From contig CBDCTZ010000014.1 of NCBI GenBank assembly GCA_965222375.1, positions 672,001 to 736,000 of the forward strand: 64,000 nt of DNA. Reading direction: 5' to 3'. The notes under the pieces were generated by a model. The model was not told the DNA's origin and searched no databases. It saw only the letters and a list, made by a program, of their open reading frames with translations. Positions 9,058-19,026 of the stretch are shown here, piece by piece. Every line of letters begins with the position of its first letter. Position 1 is the stretch's first letter. The stretch comes from Polyangiaceae bacterium (GTDB lineage Bacteria > Myxococcota_A > Polyangia > Polyangiales > Polyangiaceae). The translations under genes and the position numbers were made by a program.

Positions 9058-10161
9058 CATGAGCTCGATGTGGGCCTTCAGGTCGTTGTTGGAGTTGCCC
9101 GGATTGAACTTGTGCCACCACTCGTGGCTGCAGCCCTTGTCGCCACCGGCGCCGTGCCGGCTTTGGTCGTCGAAGTTGAAGTCCATGGCGCCGGACTTGT
9201 AGTTGCCCTTGAGGCGGATCCGCTCGCCGGCAGCTTGGAAGGTCAGAGCGCCGAAGCGGGCCAGATCGCATTGGATGGCCACGGCGTAGATCTCCGAGAG
9301 TGTGCGCCACTCGGTGATGAGCTCGTTCACGCTCAGGTCGATGCCCTGGCCGTCCGGGTCCGCCGAACCTCCGTGGGGAACGCCCGAGCCACCGGGAGCG
9401 GTGGGAGCTTGGCAGCCGTTGTTGACGGGAGTGCCGAAGGCTTTCTGCTCGAGGTTGCGCACTCGGTCCAGGTGGTCGGCGATGCGCGCTCGGGAGGCCT
9501 TGCTCAAGTTGGAGGCGTCACTTTGATAGTGCTGGTACTGGCTGAGCACCGAGTCGAGCACGCTCTTGCGATAGCGCTTCTTGCGGGCTTCTTCCGTGGT
9601 GGGGGGCGTTTCGCCCGGCAGGTTGCCGAATACCTTGGAGAAGAGCTTGGCGGGGCTTTCCTCGGGCAGGTCCGCCGGCGAGCCGTCGTTCTTCCAACTG
9701 TGGATGTAACGAGCGGGGCGGCTGCGCCGGAAGTAGGTGCCTGCGAGCAGTGCCCCGGAGACGCCGGCGGGCAGGGTCGTGTTGGCGCGCAGGATCTGGT
9801 CGAGGGACGGGCCGCCTGCGAGTGCATCCCCGTTGGGTGCTTCGCCGGTGAACGCGCCTGCCGCGCCGTCGAAGTGGGCGTTGATGCCGTTTTCGTCGCA
9901 GCGCGTTTGGTCGATGCCTCGGACGATGAGCAACTTGTCCTTCACGCTGGAGAGCCCGCGCATGGGGCCACTGAAGCCGTTGGACTGCAGCGGAGTGGGG
10001 AAGCCGAGGCCGAAGAAGAGGTTGAAGGCGCGCACCGGCGGATCTCCAGGCGCCGCCAACACGTTGGAGGCGCGCATGGCGTCCAAGAAGGGCAATGCGA
10101 TGGCGACGGTGCCAGCTCCGCGCAAGAAGGTACGTCGGTCTAAGACTTTGCGGCGGCTCAT
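8737..10161 (-). CDS. DUF1552-family protein (Tat signal)
   Basis: MSRRKVLDRRTFLRGAGTVAIALPFLDAM; RKSVLDSV...DHLDRVRNLE; GKTILENSLI; paired with DUF1592 gene. Confidence 0.88.
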   Translation of the reverse strand: MSRRKVLDRRTFLRGAGTVAIALPFLDAMRASNVLAAPGDPPVRAFNLFFGLGFPTPLQSNGFSGPMRGLSSVKDKLLIVRGIDQTRCDENGINAHFDGAAGAFTGEAPNGDALAGGPSLDQILRANTTLPAGVSGALLAGTYFRRSRPARYIHSWKNDGSPADLPEESPAKLFSKVFGNLPGETPPTTEEARKKRYRKSVLDSVLSQYQHYQSDASNLSKASRARIADHLDRVRNLEQKAFGTPVNNGCQAPTAPGGSGVPHGGSADPDGQGIDLSVNELITEWRTLSEIYAVAIQCDLARFGALTFQAAGERIRLKGNYKSGAMDFNFDDQSRHGAGGDKGCSHEWWHKFNPGNSNNDLKAHIELMLAEFARFLKLLDDPNDADDNGKTILENSLITISTESGDGRHSDSKRELSGLFHAISGANGRFKTGSIVDVGAEGLDLYNTLIEAHGISTKLGPSSRAFKRVNQVLT

Positions 10162-11819
10162 AGTTTCTCCGTTTGGATCTTGCGGAAGGCGTTGCTTTGA
10201 ACGATGGCGATGACCAAGTCCTCGAATGTGCCCTGGGACTTCTCGAAGCGGGTTTGAACGTCTTCGAGGGCACAAGCGTCGAGGGGCTCGTCGCTGCGGG
10301 CGAGAGGACGTCCGAAGGCGAACTGGGAGACCTTCGCCGCCATGCAAGCGCGGACGGCCGCGCTGTTGGCTAGTTGCGTGCTGAGCTCACGAGTCGTGGA
10401 AAACGGCGTGGGGTCTTCGGAGCCCGGGAACAGCAGGTAGCCGTCTTGAGCCAATTTGTTTCCGAAGTTGTCTTCGAGGCGATAGCGCCCCGTGGCGTCG
10501 AAGCGCTCGATGCCCCAGGCGACGGGTTCCATCTGGCCGTGGCAGCCGCCGCAAGAGGGGTTGTCGACGCGTTCCTCGGAGTGCATGCGTTGGGAAGCGG
10601 TCGCGCTGACCTCCGGGGGCGTCGCGTCGACGCCCGGCGGAGGCGAGTCGATGTGTCCGCACAAGATGTTCTCTAGGATGAACAACCCGCGCCCGACCGT
10701 GGATTCGGAGTTTCCGCCGATGGTCGAGATGGAGCCTTGAGTCAGCAGGCCGCCCCGAGCTGGATCACTTGAAAGGTCCACCCGCCCGCTGCTATCCGCA
10801 GTCAGGCCGTAGTGGTCGGCCAGCTCCGGCGACACGAAGGTGAAGTCGGCGTCGAACATGCCGCTCAGAGGCGACTTGTCCTCGAACGCGATCTGCTCGA
10901 AGAAGCGCTGAGTTTCCTGCTCCATGGCGTCACCCAGAGCGGGGTTCCAGTCCGGGAATTTGCTGCTGTCTCGGGTGAGTCCTGAGAGGCGCCCCAGATT
11001 GAGCCAATCGCTGACGAAGCGGGCAGCGCGCAGGCGTGCGCTGGGCTCGCCGAGCATGCGTCGGACTTCTGTGGCGATGCCGGCATCAGTGTCGAGTTTG
11101 CCGCCCTCGGCCGCGGCGATCAGGTTGGAGTCGGGTGGTGCGCCCCAGAGCAAGAAGCTCAGGCGGCTGGCCAACTCGATGCCGCTGACCTTGCGCGCTT
11201 TGCCGTCGCCGGTTTCGTTTTCGACGCGGTAGATGAAGCGCGGGAACTGCAGAAGTGCAAGAGTGACGAGACGTGCTCCGGCTTCGAAGGTTTCGCCTTC
11301 ATCTTTGGCCACACCGAAGAGCGGCTCGAGGGAGGCGCTTTCTTGCGCCGTGACGGGGCTGCGCAGCACGCTGGCCCCGAGACTATTGATGAACTCGCTC
11401 TGACACGTTGCGCTGAAGTCGGTGCAGGAAGCGTGGCTGGCCACGAAGCCGCTGAAGTCGCCCATCTTGTCGACTGCCGTGGTGGCGAGCGACTCGTAAG
11501 CCTCGATGTGGCCGTCGGTGACGATGAGCGCCGTGGCGGTGTTGGAAAAACCGTCGGCCCGCAGATCCGTTGGCAGCGCCGCCTTCGCTTCGGAGCTGAT
11601 GTCGACGCCAAGGACGGCTTGCACCGAAGCGACGTACTCTTCCTGGGTGAGGCGGCGGGAGAAGGGAACGTCGGCGCACAGGCTCACGCTGACTTTCCCG
11701 GGACCCTTGGCACCGGGGCCGCCGGCGGGGTCGCTATCGTTGCTGGCGATCTCTCCGACGCAGCCCGCGGCGGCTGCCGCGGCGACAATCAGGGGCGCGC
11801 TCTTTCTGGTGAGAAGCAT
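10158..11819 (-). CDS. DUF1587/1595/1592/1588/1585 (PSD) domain lipoprotein with a CxxCH motif
   Basis: Lipobox AAGC; RRLTQEEY, ELASRLSFLLWGAPPD, RGGLLTQ, CGGCHGQMEP. Confidence 0.88.
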   Translation of the reverse strand: MLLTRKSAPLIVAAAAAAGCVGEIASNDSDPAGGPGAKGPGKVSVSLCADVPFSRRLTQEEYVASVQAVLGVDISSEAKAALPTDLRADGFSNTATALIVTDGHIEAYESLATTAVDKMGDFSGFVASHASCTDFSATCQSEFINSLGASVLRSPVTAQESASLEPLFGVAKDEGETFEAGARLVTLALLQFPRFIYRVENETGDGKARKVSGIELASRLSFLLWGAPPDSNLIAAAEGGKLDTDAGIATEVRRMLGEPSARLRAARFVSDWLNLGRLSGLTRDSSKFPDWNPALGDAMEQETQRFFEQIAFEDKSPLSGMFDADFTFVSPELADHYGLTADSSGRVDLSSDPARGGLLTQGSISTIGGNSESTVGRGLFILENILCGHIDSPPPGVDATPPEVSATASQRMHSEERVDNPSCGGCHGQMEPVAWGIERFDATGRYRLEDNFGNKLAQDGYLLFPGSEDPTPFSTTRELSTQLANSAAVRACMAAKVSQFAFGRPLARSDEPLDACALEDVQTRFEKSQGTFEDLVIAIVQSNAFRKIQTEKL

Positions 11820-12112
11820 GTCGAGGTGCCCGTGTGCAAGACGCGTGCGCGCACGAAATGTAAGTCTTTGTGTGCTTGACGGACCCCAGATGCGACCTGG
11901 GAGGTCGCAGCCAGCGCGCTGGTGGCGCTGAGATGTCGCGCGTCAAGTCCGGGGCCCTGAGAGGTACGAGTGGAACCTCGGGGATCCTCAGCTCCTCGGG
12001 GCGGCCCGTGTGGCCGTGGCCGCACCCGCTACTTTTGGGACCACGTCTCGGGCGTCCGTTTGCAAGACCCAGCGGGGCGGCGGATGGGGGTCGCATCGGG
12101 TAAGTTGGAGGG

Positions 12113-12883
12113 ATGCGGCGATGGCTCCCTCTGGCGTTGGTCGTGATGGCCTGCGATACGAGTGAGCCGGTTCGGGAAGCTGCCGGGGGCACTCTTGAAG
12201 AGGAGGTGGCGTCGCAGCTCGCGGGTCGGCCAGCGGTGGTGGCCTTTGAAGACGACGGTGACGTCGCGCTCGTCGGTGTTCGCCAAGCCTTGCCCGAAGA
12301 GACGGACCAACCGCCGCGCTACGCTCTGCACCGCTTCGAGCGCTCGACCCGCGCGCTCTTGGACCTCCGATTGACAGTGCGGGCGGTGCGACGCATGGGC
12401 CGTGCGCTATTGGTCGTGAGCGAGTCCGGTGAACTGCTTCGAGTGGATGCTGCCGGACGCAAGCGGTTGGCCACCGGCGTGTTGGGCTCGCCGGCAGTGC
12501 TGCCGAATGGCGGCATCGTTGTGGCGCAGCGGGGAGAGGAGCCGGGAGAAAGTGACCTCCAGCTACTCGGCGATAGGGGCCCCGTGCCACTGGCTCCAGC
12601 GCCGGGTCCCGACGACTTTCCGATCGCGCTTCCAGATGGACGCGTGGCTTTCGTGTCCGGGCGCACCGGATTGGCGTCGCTTTGGGTGGTCGATCCGACA
12701 AGTGGCGAAGCGCGGCAACTGACGAATGTGGGGCGTGACGGCGTGGACGACCAATTCGTGCCACCACCCCATCGGGATGTGCGCGTCGATGCTACGAGCT
12801 TGAGCTACGACGCAGGAGAGGGTGTTCGCTACCGAGTGGACCACCGAAGCGGGGATGTACAGCGGGAGGGCACGCCGAGATGA
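12113..12883 (+). CDS. TolB/PD40-like beta-propeller lipoprotein
   Basis: Lipobox VMAC; PDGRVAFVSGRTG...LWVVD...RQLT. Confidence 0.7.
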   Translation: MRRWLPLALVVMACDTSEPVREAAGGTLEEEVASQLAGRPAVVAFEDDGDVALVGVRQALPEETDQPPRYALHRFERSTRALLDLRLTVRAVRRMGRALLVVSESGELLRVDAAGRKRLATGVLGSPAVLPNGGIVVAQRGEEPGESDLQLLGDRGPVPLAPAPGPDDFPIALPDGRVAFVSGRTGLASLWVVDPTSGEARQLTNVGRDGVDDQFVPPPHRDVRVDATSLSYDAGEGVRYRVDHRSGDVQREGTPR

Positions 12884-14118
12884 CGCGCCGCCGCCTGCTC
12901 GTCCTGCTTTGCGGCGGATTGTTCGCGGCCGCCATGGCCGTGCCTTCCTCGGCGCAGGCGCAGAAGTATCGATTTCCCATCGAGCTGCACGCATCAGGCA
13001 CTCAACCCTATGTGACCGCCTATCGGGACCACGACAGCGGCGGCGGCATCAAAGATTGGAATTGCAAGTCCAATACCTACAACGGTCACAAGGGCTCCGA
13101 CTTCGGCATCGGCAGCTTCCCGGTGATGGACGCGGGCAGCCGCTGGGTCGTGGCGGCGGCGTCAGGCAAGGTCGTGTTCAAGAACGATGGCTGCTTCGAC
13201 CGTTGCACCACCGCGGACTGCGGCTGTGGATCCGGCTTCGGCAACTACGTGAAAGTGGAGCACGCCGACGGCAAGTTCACCTACTACGCGCACTTGATGA
13301 AAGGCTCGGTCACCGTGAACAACGGTGACAGCGTCAAGTGCGGGGAACGGCTGGGCAAAGTCGGCTCGAGTGGGAACTCATCTGGGCCGCACTTGCATTT
13401 CGAAGTGCGCCACGCGAACAACTCTTCCGACGAGCCCTTCAAGGGCAGCTGTGGCAACTCGACGTCCTTTTGGGTAACGCAGGGTGCGTACAACGCTCTG
13501 CCCGGCGATCAGTGCGAGAAACCGCCGGCGGTGGACGATGCGAAGCTGGTGTCCGTCACCGGCTCGGGCGCCAGTGTTGCGCCGGGTCAGAGCTTCGAAG
13601 TGAGGATCCGATTCGACAACACCGGCAACACCACTTGGACTGCCCCCGACTATGGCTTGAAGCTGACCAGCGGGGAGAGCTTTGGCTTCGCTTCGCCCAC
13701 GCCGGTGCCGGCGAGTACCGCAGCCAACAAGGGCGTGGACTTCAAGCTGAGTCTGACCGCACCCACCGCGCCGGGGGCTTACAGCGCCAAGTTCCGAGTC
13801 GCAAAGAAGACGACGGGATTCGGTGACACCGCCGATGTGGACGTGGTGGTCGAGGCCGGAGGCAATGCCGGCGCGGGCGGGCAGCCTTGGGGCAGTGGTG
13901 GCGCCATCGGGTTAGCCGGCAACGCTGGCTCGACCACCGGTGGCAAGAACTCTGGGCAGCAGACCCAGACCTTGGACGCGGGCAGCGAGAGTGGCTGCGG
14001 CTGCCGCACCGTCGGAAGCTCGCGCAGCTTGTGGGAGTTCGGGTTGGTGCTGTTGGGCGCGTGGGTCAGCTTCCGCCGTCGGCGTCGCTGCGCAGCATCA
14101 GCGGCACGACTGCAGTGA
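12880..14118 (+). CDS. M23 metallopeptidase with Ig-like domain and MYXO-CTERM sorting signal
   Basis: HKGSD, GNYVKVEH, YAHL, GNSSGPHLHFEV; NTGNTTW Ig-like segment; C-terminal GCGCRT + hydrophobic stretch + RRRRR. Confidence 0.9.
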   Translation: MTRRRLLVLLCGGLFAAAMAVPSSAQAQKYRFPIELHASGTQPYVTAYRDHDSGGGIKDWNCKSNTYNGHKGSDFGIGSFPVMDAGSRWVVAAASGKVVFKNDGCFDRCTTADCGCGSGFGNYVKVEHADGKFTYYAHLMKGSVTVNNGDSVKCGERLGKVGSSGNSSGPHLHFEVRHANNSSDEPFKGSCGNSTSFWVTQGAYNALPGDQCEKPPAVDDAKLVSVTGSGASVAPGQSFEVRIRFDNTGNTTWTAPDYGLKLTSGESFGFASPTPVPASTAANKGVDFKLSLTAPTAPGAYSAKFRVAKKTTGFGDTADVDVVVEAGGNAGAGGQPWGSGGAIGLAGNAGSTTGGKNSGQQTQTLDAGSESGCGCRTVGSSRSLWEFGLVLLGAWVSFRRRRRCAASAARLQ

Positions 14119-14536
14119 TGCAGCCCCCACTTGGCGGGGGATAGTCCGTGTCGAAGTGGCGCTCGAGGCAACGCGCAAGGCCGTCTGGTACGCGAACTGT
14201 GGTGCTCGTGACCAAGACGCTGCAGGCTGACCCTGTTTCTGCCAGCATGAGGGTGATGAGCACGCGCCCGGCTAGAGTTGGATCGGCGTTGAGGGCTGTC
14301 TGATAGCAGGCGTCGGCCTGGCGAGCGCGGCGCCGCACCGCTTGCTGCAGGGCTTCGCTCGCGCTGCCGGCGCAAGTGCCCGGGCAGCCGCTGCCTTTGG
14401 TGACCGCGGTCGGTTCTTTCGCTGCTGCCGGCTCGGACTTGGGCCCGCTCCGGCTCGATGCGCAGGCAGGGAGCACGAAGCCCAGCACGGTCAGAGCCGC
14501 GGGAACGCGCCGGGATGCCGGGACGGATGAGATCAC
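14066..14536 (-). CDS. Lipoprotein with AgmX/PglI-C (TonB-C-like) domain
   Basis: Lipobox LPAC; ACYQTALNADPTLAGRV...LARCL. Confidence 0.7.
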   Translation of the reverse strand: MISSVPASRRVPAALTVLGFVLPACASSRSGPKSEPAAAKEPTAVTKGSGCPGTCAGSASEALQQAVRRRARQADACYQTALNADPTLAGRVLITLMLAETGSACSVLVTSTTVRVPDGLARCLERHFDTDYPPPSGGCITAVVPLMLRSDADGGS

Positions 14537-14582
14537 GCTGTCTCGAATCCCGCGGGAGCGAGGCGCTTGCCTCGGCGCCGCC

Positions 14583-16457
14583 TCAGCAGCCGAAGACCTT
14601 CCACTCGTAGATGAGCGGATTAGGCGTGCTTTGAGGCTGCGCGTTGTACAGCCGAATGGACGTGGTGGTCACGGCGCTGGGGAAGGTGAAGGTCCAGTCG
14701 CCGGTTCTGCCGCTGACGCTGCCTGCTGTGACCCAGGTACTCCCCGACAAGTACTGGATCGTCGCGCTCGAGACGTTGCGGCCCGACGAGCCGCAGGTGC
14801 TGCCGGTATCGATCTCGATGCGCTTCACGGTTTGGGCGGTGCTCCAAGTGTATCGAAACCACGGAGTTGGTTCGCCCGAGCCCGAGTACACCCAGCAATA
14901 GAAGTTGGTCGTGCACTGGGCCTCGCCCGCGCCATCGTTCAGCCGCACCGGGCCGTAGCTAGCCGGCGCGGTGCTCCCCTTGCTAATCGAGCCTGTCGCA
15001 GTCAGCGCGATGTTGGTGCTCGGATTGCAGGTGTTGACGCAGGTGCTGCTCTGACAGGTTTGCGCGCTCGTGCACTTCTTGCCGCAGACGCCGCAGTTGT
15101 TGGGGTCGGTCTGGAGATTGACGCATTGGCCGCTGCAATTGGTGGTGCCGCCACCACAGACTAGCGTGCATGTTCCGTTCTGACAGCTCTCGCCACTCGC
15201 GCATTTCTTGCCACAGATGCCGCAGTGGTTGGGGTTGGTCTTGGTGTCGACGCAGCTGTTATTGCAGTTGGTGGTGCCGCCGGAGCAAACCAAGGTGCAA
15301 ACGCTATTGATGCAACTCTGCCCGGATGTGCACGTTTTCCCGCAGGTCCCGCAATTCGCAGGATCTGTGCTGGTATCGACGCAGGTGTTGTTGCACTTGG
15401 TGGTGCCGCCACCGCAAACGAGGTCGCATTTGCTGTTCTTGCAGACTTCCCCAGAGCCACAGGCCTTGCTGCAGCCGCCGCAGTGGGCTGGATCCGCCGT
15501 CAGGTCCACGCATTTGCTGCCGCATTTGGTCAGGCCCCCGGAGCAGACCAGGGCGCAGGTTCCATTCGAACAGGTCTCTCCGGAGGGACAGGACTTGCCA
15601 CAGGTGCCGCAGTTGAAGGGATCAACCTGGGTGTCTACGCACTTGCCGCTGCAGTCCGTGGTCCCGCCGGAGCACGAAAGGGTACACTTGCCACTGGAGC
15701 AGACTTCTCCGCTCTTGCAGCCCTTCCCGCAGGTGCCGCAGTTGTTAGGATCCAAGTTGGTGTCGACGCACTTGTTGTTGCAGTTGGTGGTTCCGCCGAG
15801 GCACTGCAGCGAGCACTGGCCTTGGGAACAGACCTCGCCAGCAGCGACATTGCAGGGTTTGTTGCACGCGCCGCAATGAGTCGGGTCCGCTTGCGTATCT
15901 ACACAGACGTTGTTGCAGTTCTCCAGCCCGCCGCTGCAGTTCGCACTGCAGACCCCCTGATCGCAGACTTCGCCGATTGCGCAGATGGCGCCGCACTTGC
16001 CGCAGTTGCCCGGATCCGTCTGCAGGTCCGCACACTTTCCACTGCAGTTCGTTTCGCCAGAGACGCAGGACGCCTGGCACAACCCTGCTGCGCAAACCTG
16101 GCCAGCGGGGCAAGCATTGTTGCAGGTCCCGCAGTGGGAGGCGTTCGACTGGGGGTCGACGCACTGGTCGCCACACTTGGTCGTCGTGCCGGTGCAATTG
16201 CCCGCGCATTGACCTGCCGAGCAGAGTTGACCTGCCAAGCACGCGTTGCCGCAGCTGCCGCAGTTCTTGGAGTCCGTCAGGATATCCGCGCAGCCAGAGC
16301 CGCATTCGACCGCCGGAGCGACGCAGGCTCCGCTGCCACCCGTGCCGCTGGACGCCCCGGCGCCGGGGTTGCCACCATCGCTGGTGGAGGAGCAGGCGAC
16401 GGGTACCAAGATCAGACCCAACAGAGCAACCAAGGAAAGCGGCTTGGACCAATGCAT
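14583..16457 (-). CDS. Cys-rich repeat lipoprotein (10 x ~43-aa repeats) with C-terminal discoidin/galactose-binding-like domain
   Basis: Start MHWSKPL, lipobox PVAC; repeats CVDTxxDPxNCGxCGxxC; C-terminal NIALTAT...LNDG...IRLY...IYEWKVFG. Confidence 0.88.
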   Translation of the reverse strand: MHWSKPLSLVALLGLILVPVACSSTSDGGNPGAGASSGTGGSGACVAPAVECGSGCADILTDSKNCGSCGNACLAGQLCSAGQCAGNCTGTTTKCGDQCVDPQSNASHCGTCNNACPAGQVCAAGLCQASCVSGETNCSGKCADLQTDPGNCGKCGAICAIGEVCDQGVCSANCSGGLENCNNVCVDTQADPTHCGACNKPCNVAAGEVCSQGQCSLQCLGGTTNCNNKCVDTNLDPNNCGTCGKGCKSGEVCSSGKCTLSCSGGTTDCSGKCVDTQVDPFNCGTCGKSCPSGETCSNGTCALVCSGGLTKCGSKCVDLTADPAHCGGCSKACGSGEVCKNSKCDLVCGGGTTKCNNTCVDTSTDPANCGTCGKTCTSGQSCINSVCTLVCSGGTTNCNNSCVDTKTNPNHCGICGKKCASGESCQNGTCTLVCGGGTTNCSGQCVNLQTDPNNCGVCGKKCTSAQTCQSSTCVNTCNPSTNIALTATGSISKGSTAPASYGPVRLNDGAGEAQCTTNFYCWVYSGSGEPTPWFRYTWSTAQTVKRIEIDTGSTCGSSGRNVSSATIQYLSGSTWVTAGSVSGRTGDWTFTFPSAVTTTSIRLYNAQPQSTPNPLIYEWKVFGC

Positions 16458-16584
16458 AATTGCAATCTTACAGCGTAATTCCTCCCCGAGCGAGCCAGCC
16501 TGTCCCGAAAGCGGGTTGAGGCATGTAGTCAAACGTGCGTGGTGGTCTTGACCGCTTGGCGTGGGCGGGAGAAAGCGTGTGGCC

Positions 16585-18129
16585 ATGACGAAGGTGGAGC
16601 TACCCGAACGGCTCAATATTGCCGACCGCTTTCTGGAAGCGCGGCTCCGAGAAGGACTGGGCGACAAGACGGCACTCATTGCCGGGGACCGCAAGCTGAC
16701 GTACCGAGACGTCTCTGAAGCCAGCAATCGCTTTGCAAACGTGCTTGCCGAATTGGGCGTCGACGCTGAACAGCGCGTGCTGATTGGGCTGCCAGATCTG
16801 CCCGAGTTCGTGCATGCGCTGTTCGGAACGTTGAAGAACGGGTCCGTCGTGGTGATGGTGAACGCTCACATCAAGTTGGACGAAATCCAGTACTTCTTGG
16901 AGTACACCCGGGCGAAGGTTGCCGTGGTGCATGTCGATCAGTTGAGTGCGTTCGCAGAGGTCGCAGGAAGTGCTCGAGACTTGAAGCACCTGCTCGTACT
17001 TGGAGGTCAGGCCCAGGGGCCGAAGCAACTATCTTGGGAGAGCGCGCTGGCTGAGGCTTCGCCCGAATTCGAGTGTCGCGACACCCACCGGGATGACCCG
17101 GCGTTGTGGCTGTTTTCTGGGGGCACGACGGGCCGGCCCAAGGCGGTGGTTCAGACCCACCGTTCATTCGCCAACACGACCGAGCTCTACGCCAAGAATG
17201 TGCTCGGCTACCAGAAGGACGACATCACGCTCAGCGTGCCCAAGCTGTACTTTGGCTACGCCACCGGTTCGAACTTGTTCTTTCCGTTCTCCGTGGGCGC
17301 GGCCAGCATCTTGTTTCCGGAGCGTTGTACTGCAGATGCGCTGTTTCGCGAGATCCGCGAACACCGGCCCACGGTGTTGATCAACGTGCCGACGATGGTG
17401 AACAACATGATCTCGCACCCCAAGCGGGCGGAGCAGGATCTTTCTTGTCTGCGTTTCGCGACCAGCGCCGGAGAAGCTCTGCCCGTGGAGCTGTACGAAC
17501 GCTGGAAGGCCGCTTTCGGGGTCGAGCTGCTCGACGGCCTCGGGACCGCGGAGATGTGGCATGTCTTTGTCACGAACCGCGTCGGAGACGTCACACCGGG
17601 CACCTTGGGCAAGGTGGTGCCGGGTTTCGAGCTGCGCGTCTGCGACGACGACGGCAATGAACTGCCAGACGGCGAGGTGGGCTGGCTCTGGGTACGCGGG
17701 GAATCTCGGGCCGTTACCTACGTGCAAAACATGGACAAGACCGCCGAGGCATTCCGGGGGCCTTGGTACGTATCTGGCGACATGATTTGTCGCGAGAAAA
17801 GCGGTGCCATTCGCTACTGTGGCCGCGGTGACGACATGCTCAAGGTCGGCGGCAAGTGGCTGGCACCCGCCGAAGTCGAAAACTGCTTGCTGAGCCACGA
17901 TGCCATAGTGGAATGCGCGGTCGTTGGCATTGTGGATGAAAGCGGACTGACCAAGCCCCACGCCTTCGTATTGGCCAAGACCCGACGCGAAGGACTGGAG
18001 CAGGAACTGATGGAGTTCGTGCGCACTCAGCTGGAGCCCTACAAGGCCCCCCGGGCGGTGCGGCTGTTGGACGCATTGCCGCGAACCCATTTGGGCAAGA
18101 TCGACCGCGGCGCCCTTCGCAAGCTCTGA
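16585..18129 (+). CDS. Benzoate-CoA ligase family acyl-CoA synthetase
   Basis: FSGGTTGRPKAVV, SVPKLYFGYATG, LDGLGTAE, SGD, GRGDDMLKVGG, PRTHLGKI. Confidence 0.88.
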   Translation: MTKVELPERLNIADRFLEARLREGLGDKTALIAGDRKLTYRDVSEASNRFANVLAELGVDAEQRVLIGLPDLPEFVHALFGTLKNGSVVVMVNAHIKLDEIQYFLEYTRAKVAVVHVDQLSAFAEVAGSARDLKHLLVLGGQAQGPKQLSWESALAEASPEFECRDTHRDDPALWLFSGGTTGRPKAVVQTHRSFANTTELYAKNVLGYQKDDITLSVPKLYFGYATGSNLFFPFSVGAASILFPERCTADALFREIREHRPTVLINVPTMVNNMISHPKRAEQDLSCLRFATSAGEALPVELYERWKAAFGVELLDGLGTAEMWHVFVTNRVGDVTPGTLGKVVPGFELRVCDDDGNELPDGEVGWLWVRGESRAVTYVQNMDKTAEAFRGPWYVSGDMICREKSGAIRYCGRGDDMLKVGGKWLAPAEVENCLLSHDAIVECAVVGIVDESGLTKPHAFVLAKTRREGLEQELMEFVRTQLEPYKAPRAVRLLDALPRTHLGKIDRGALRKL

Positions 18130-18148
18130 GCGGGCAGAGCGCTGGCCC

Positions 18149-18994
18149 TCAGCCTCGGGTCCACTCCTCGCTGCGCTTCCAGAGCTCGCTGGCAAGGGCT
18201 TCGTCGCTTCCCGCCCGACTGGTTCGTCGCGGGCGGCACTCATCATAGTAGAGCCCACTCTCGGTCTCGAGCTCCGGCGCGGTTGCGCAATGCAGCGTGG
18301 TCTGAGCGCCTTCTTCGTTCGAGATCATGAACAGCTTCACGACCGGACGAAACAGTCCGGGGATCCGCCGCCAGATGTCCGAGGCGACAACGCCCGGGTG
18401 CAGGGCGTAGGTCGTGACGCCCGTGCCACGCGTTCGCCGCGCGAGCTCTGCAGAGAACAGGACGTTCGCGAGCTTGGAGACGGCGTACTCTGGGAACGCC
18501 GTGTAGGTGCGGCTCGGCTGCTGGAGTGAGTCGAAGTCGATGCCCTTGGTGCGCTTGTGGGCGCGACTGGCGACGGTGACGATCCGCGAGGGAGCGGACT
18601 GCTTCAGGCGATCCAAAAGCAGCGATGTGAGCAGGAAGTGACCCAGGTGGTTGGTGCCGAATGCCAATTCGAAGCCGTCTTGCGTGACTCCACGCAGGGC
18701 GGCGATTCCGGCGTTGTTGATCAACACGTGCAGTGGCTCGTCTAGCGCCAAGACTTCTTCTGCCGCGCGGCGCACCGATGCCAGGGAAGCGAGGTCGAGC
18801 TGAATGAATTTGGCGCCACCGGCGCCGGAGACCGTCTCGAGTTCGTCCAGGAGCGGCTGGGTCTTTTCCGCGTTGCGGTTGAGGAGCAGGAGTCTCGCTC
18901 CGCGACGGGCCAGCTCCACCGCGGTCACGCGGCCAATTCCCGCCGTCGCACCGGTGATGGCGATGACGCGATCAGTGAGGTCTTGCTCGGGCAT
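18149..18994 (-). CDS. SDR oxidoreductase (retinol dehydrogenase-like)
   Basis: ITGATAGIG, LINNAG, NHLGHFLLT, YAVSK, LHPGVV. Confidence 0.92.
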   Translation of the reverse strand: MPEQDLTDRVIAITGATAGIGRVTAVELARRGARLLLLNRNAEKTQPLLDELETVSGAGGAKFIQLDLASLASVRRAAEEVLALDEPLHVLINNAGIAALRGVTQDGFELAFGTNHLGHFLLTSLLLDRLKQSAPSRIVTVASRAHKRTKGIDFDSLQQPSRTYTAFPEYAVSKLANVLFSAELARRTRGTGVTTYALHPGVVASDIWRRIPGLFRPVVKLFMISNEEGAQTTLHCATAPELETESGLYYDECRPRRTSRAGSDEALASELWKRSEEWTRG

Positions 18995-19026
18995 GCCGAG
19001 TACTATTCCTCAAAGGCGGGAGGATT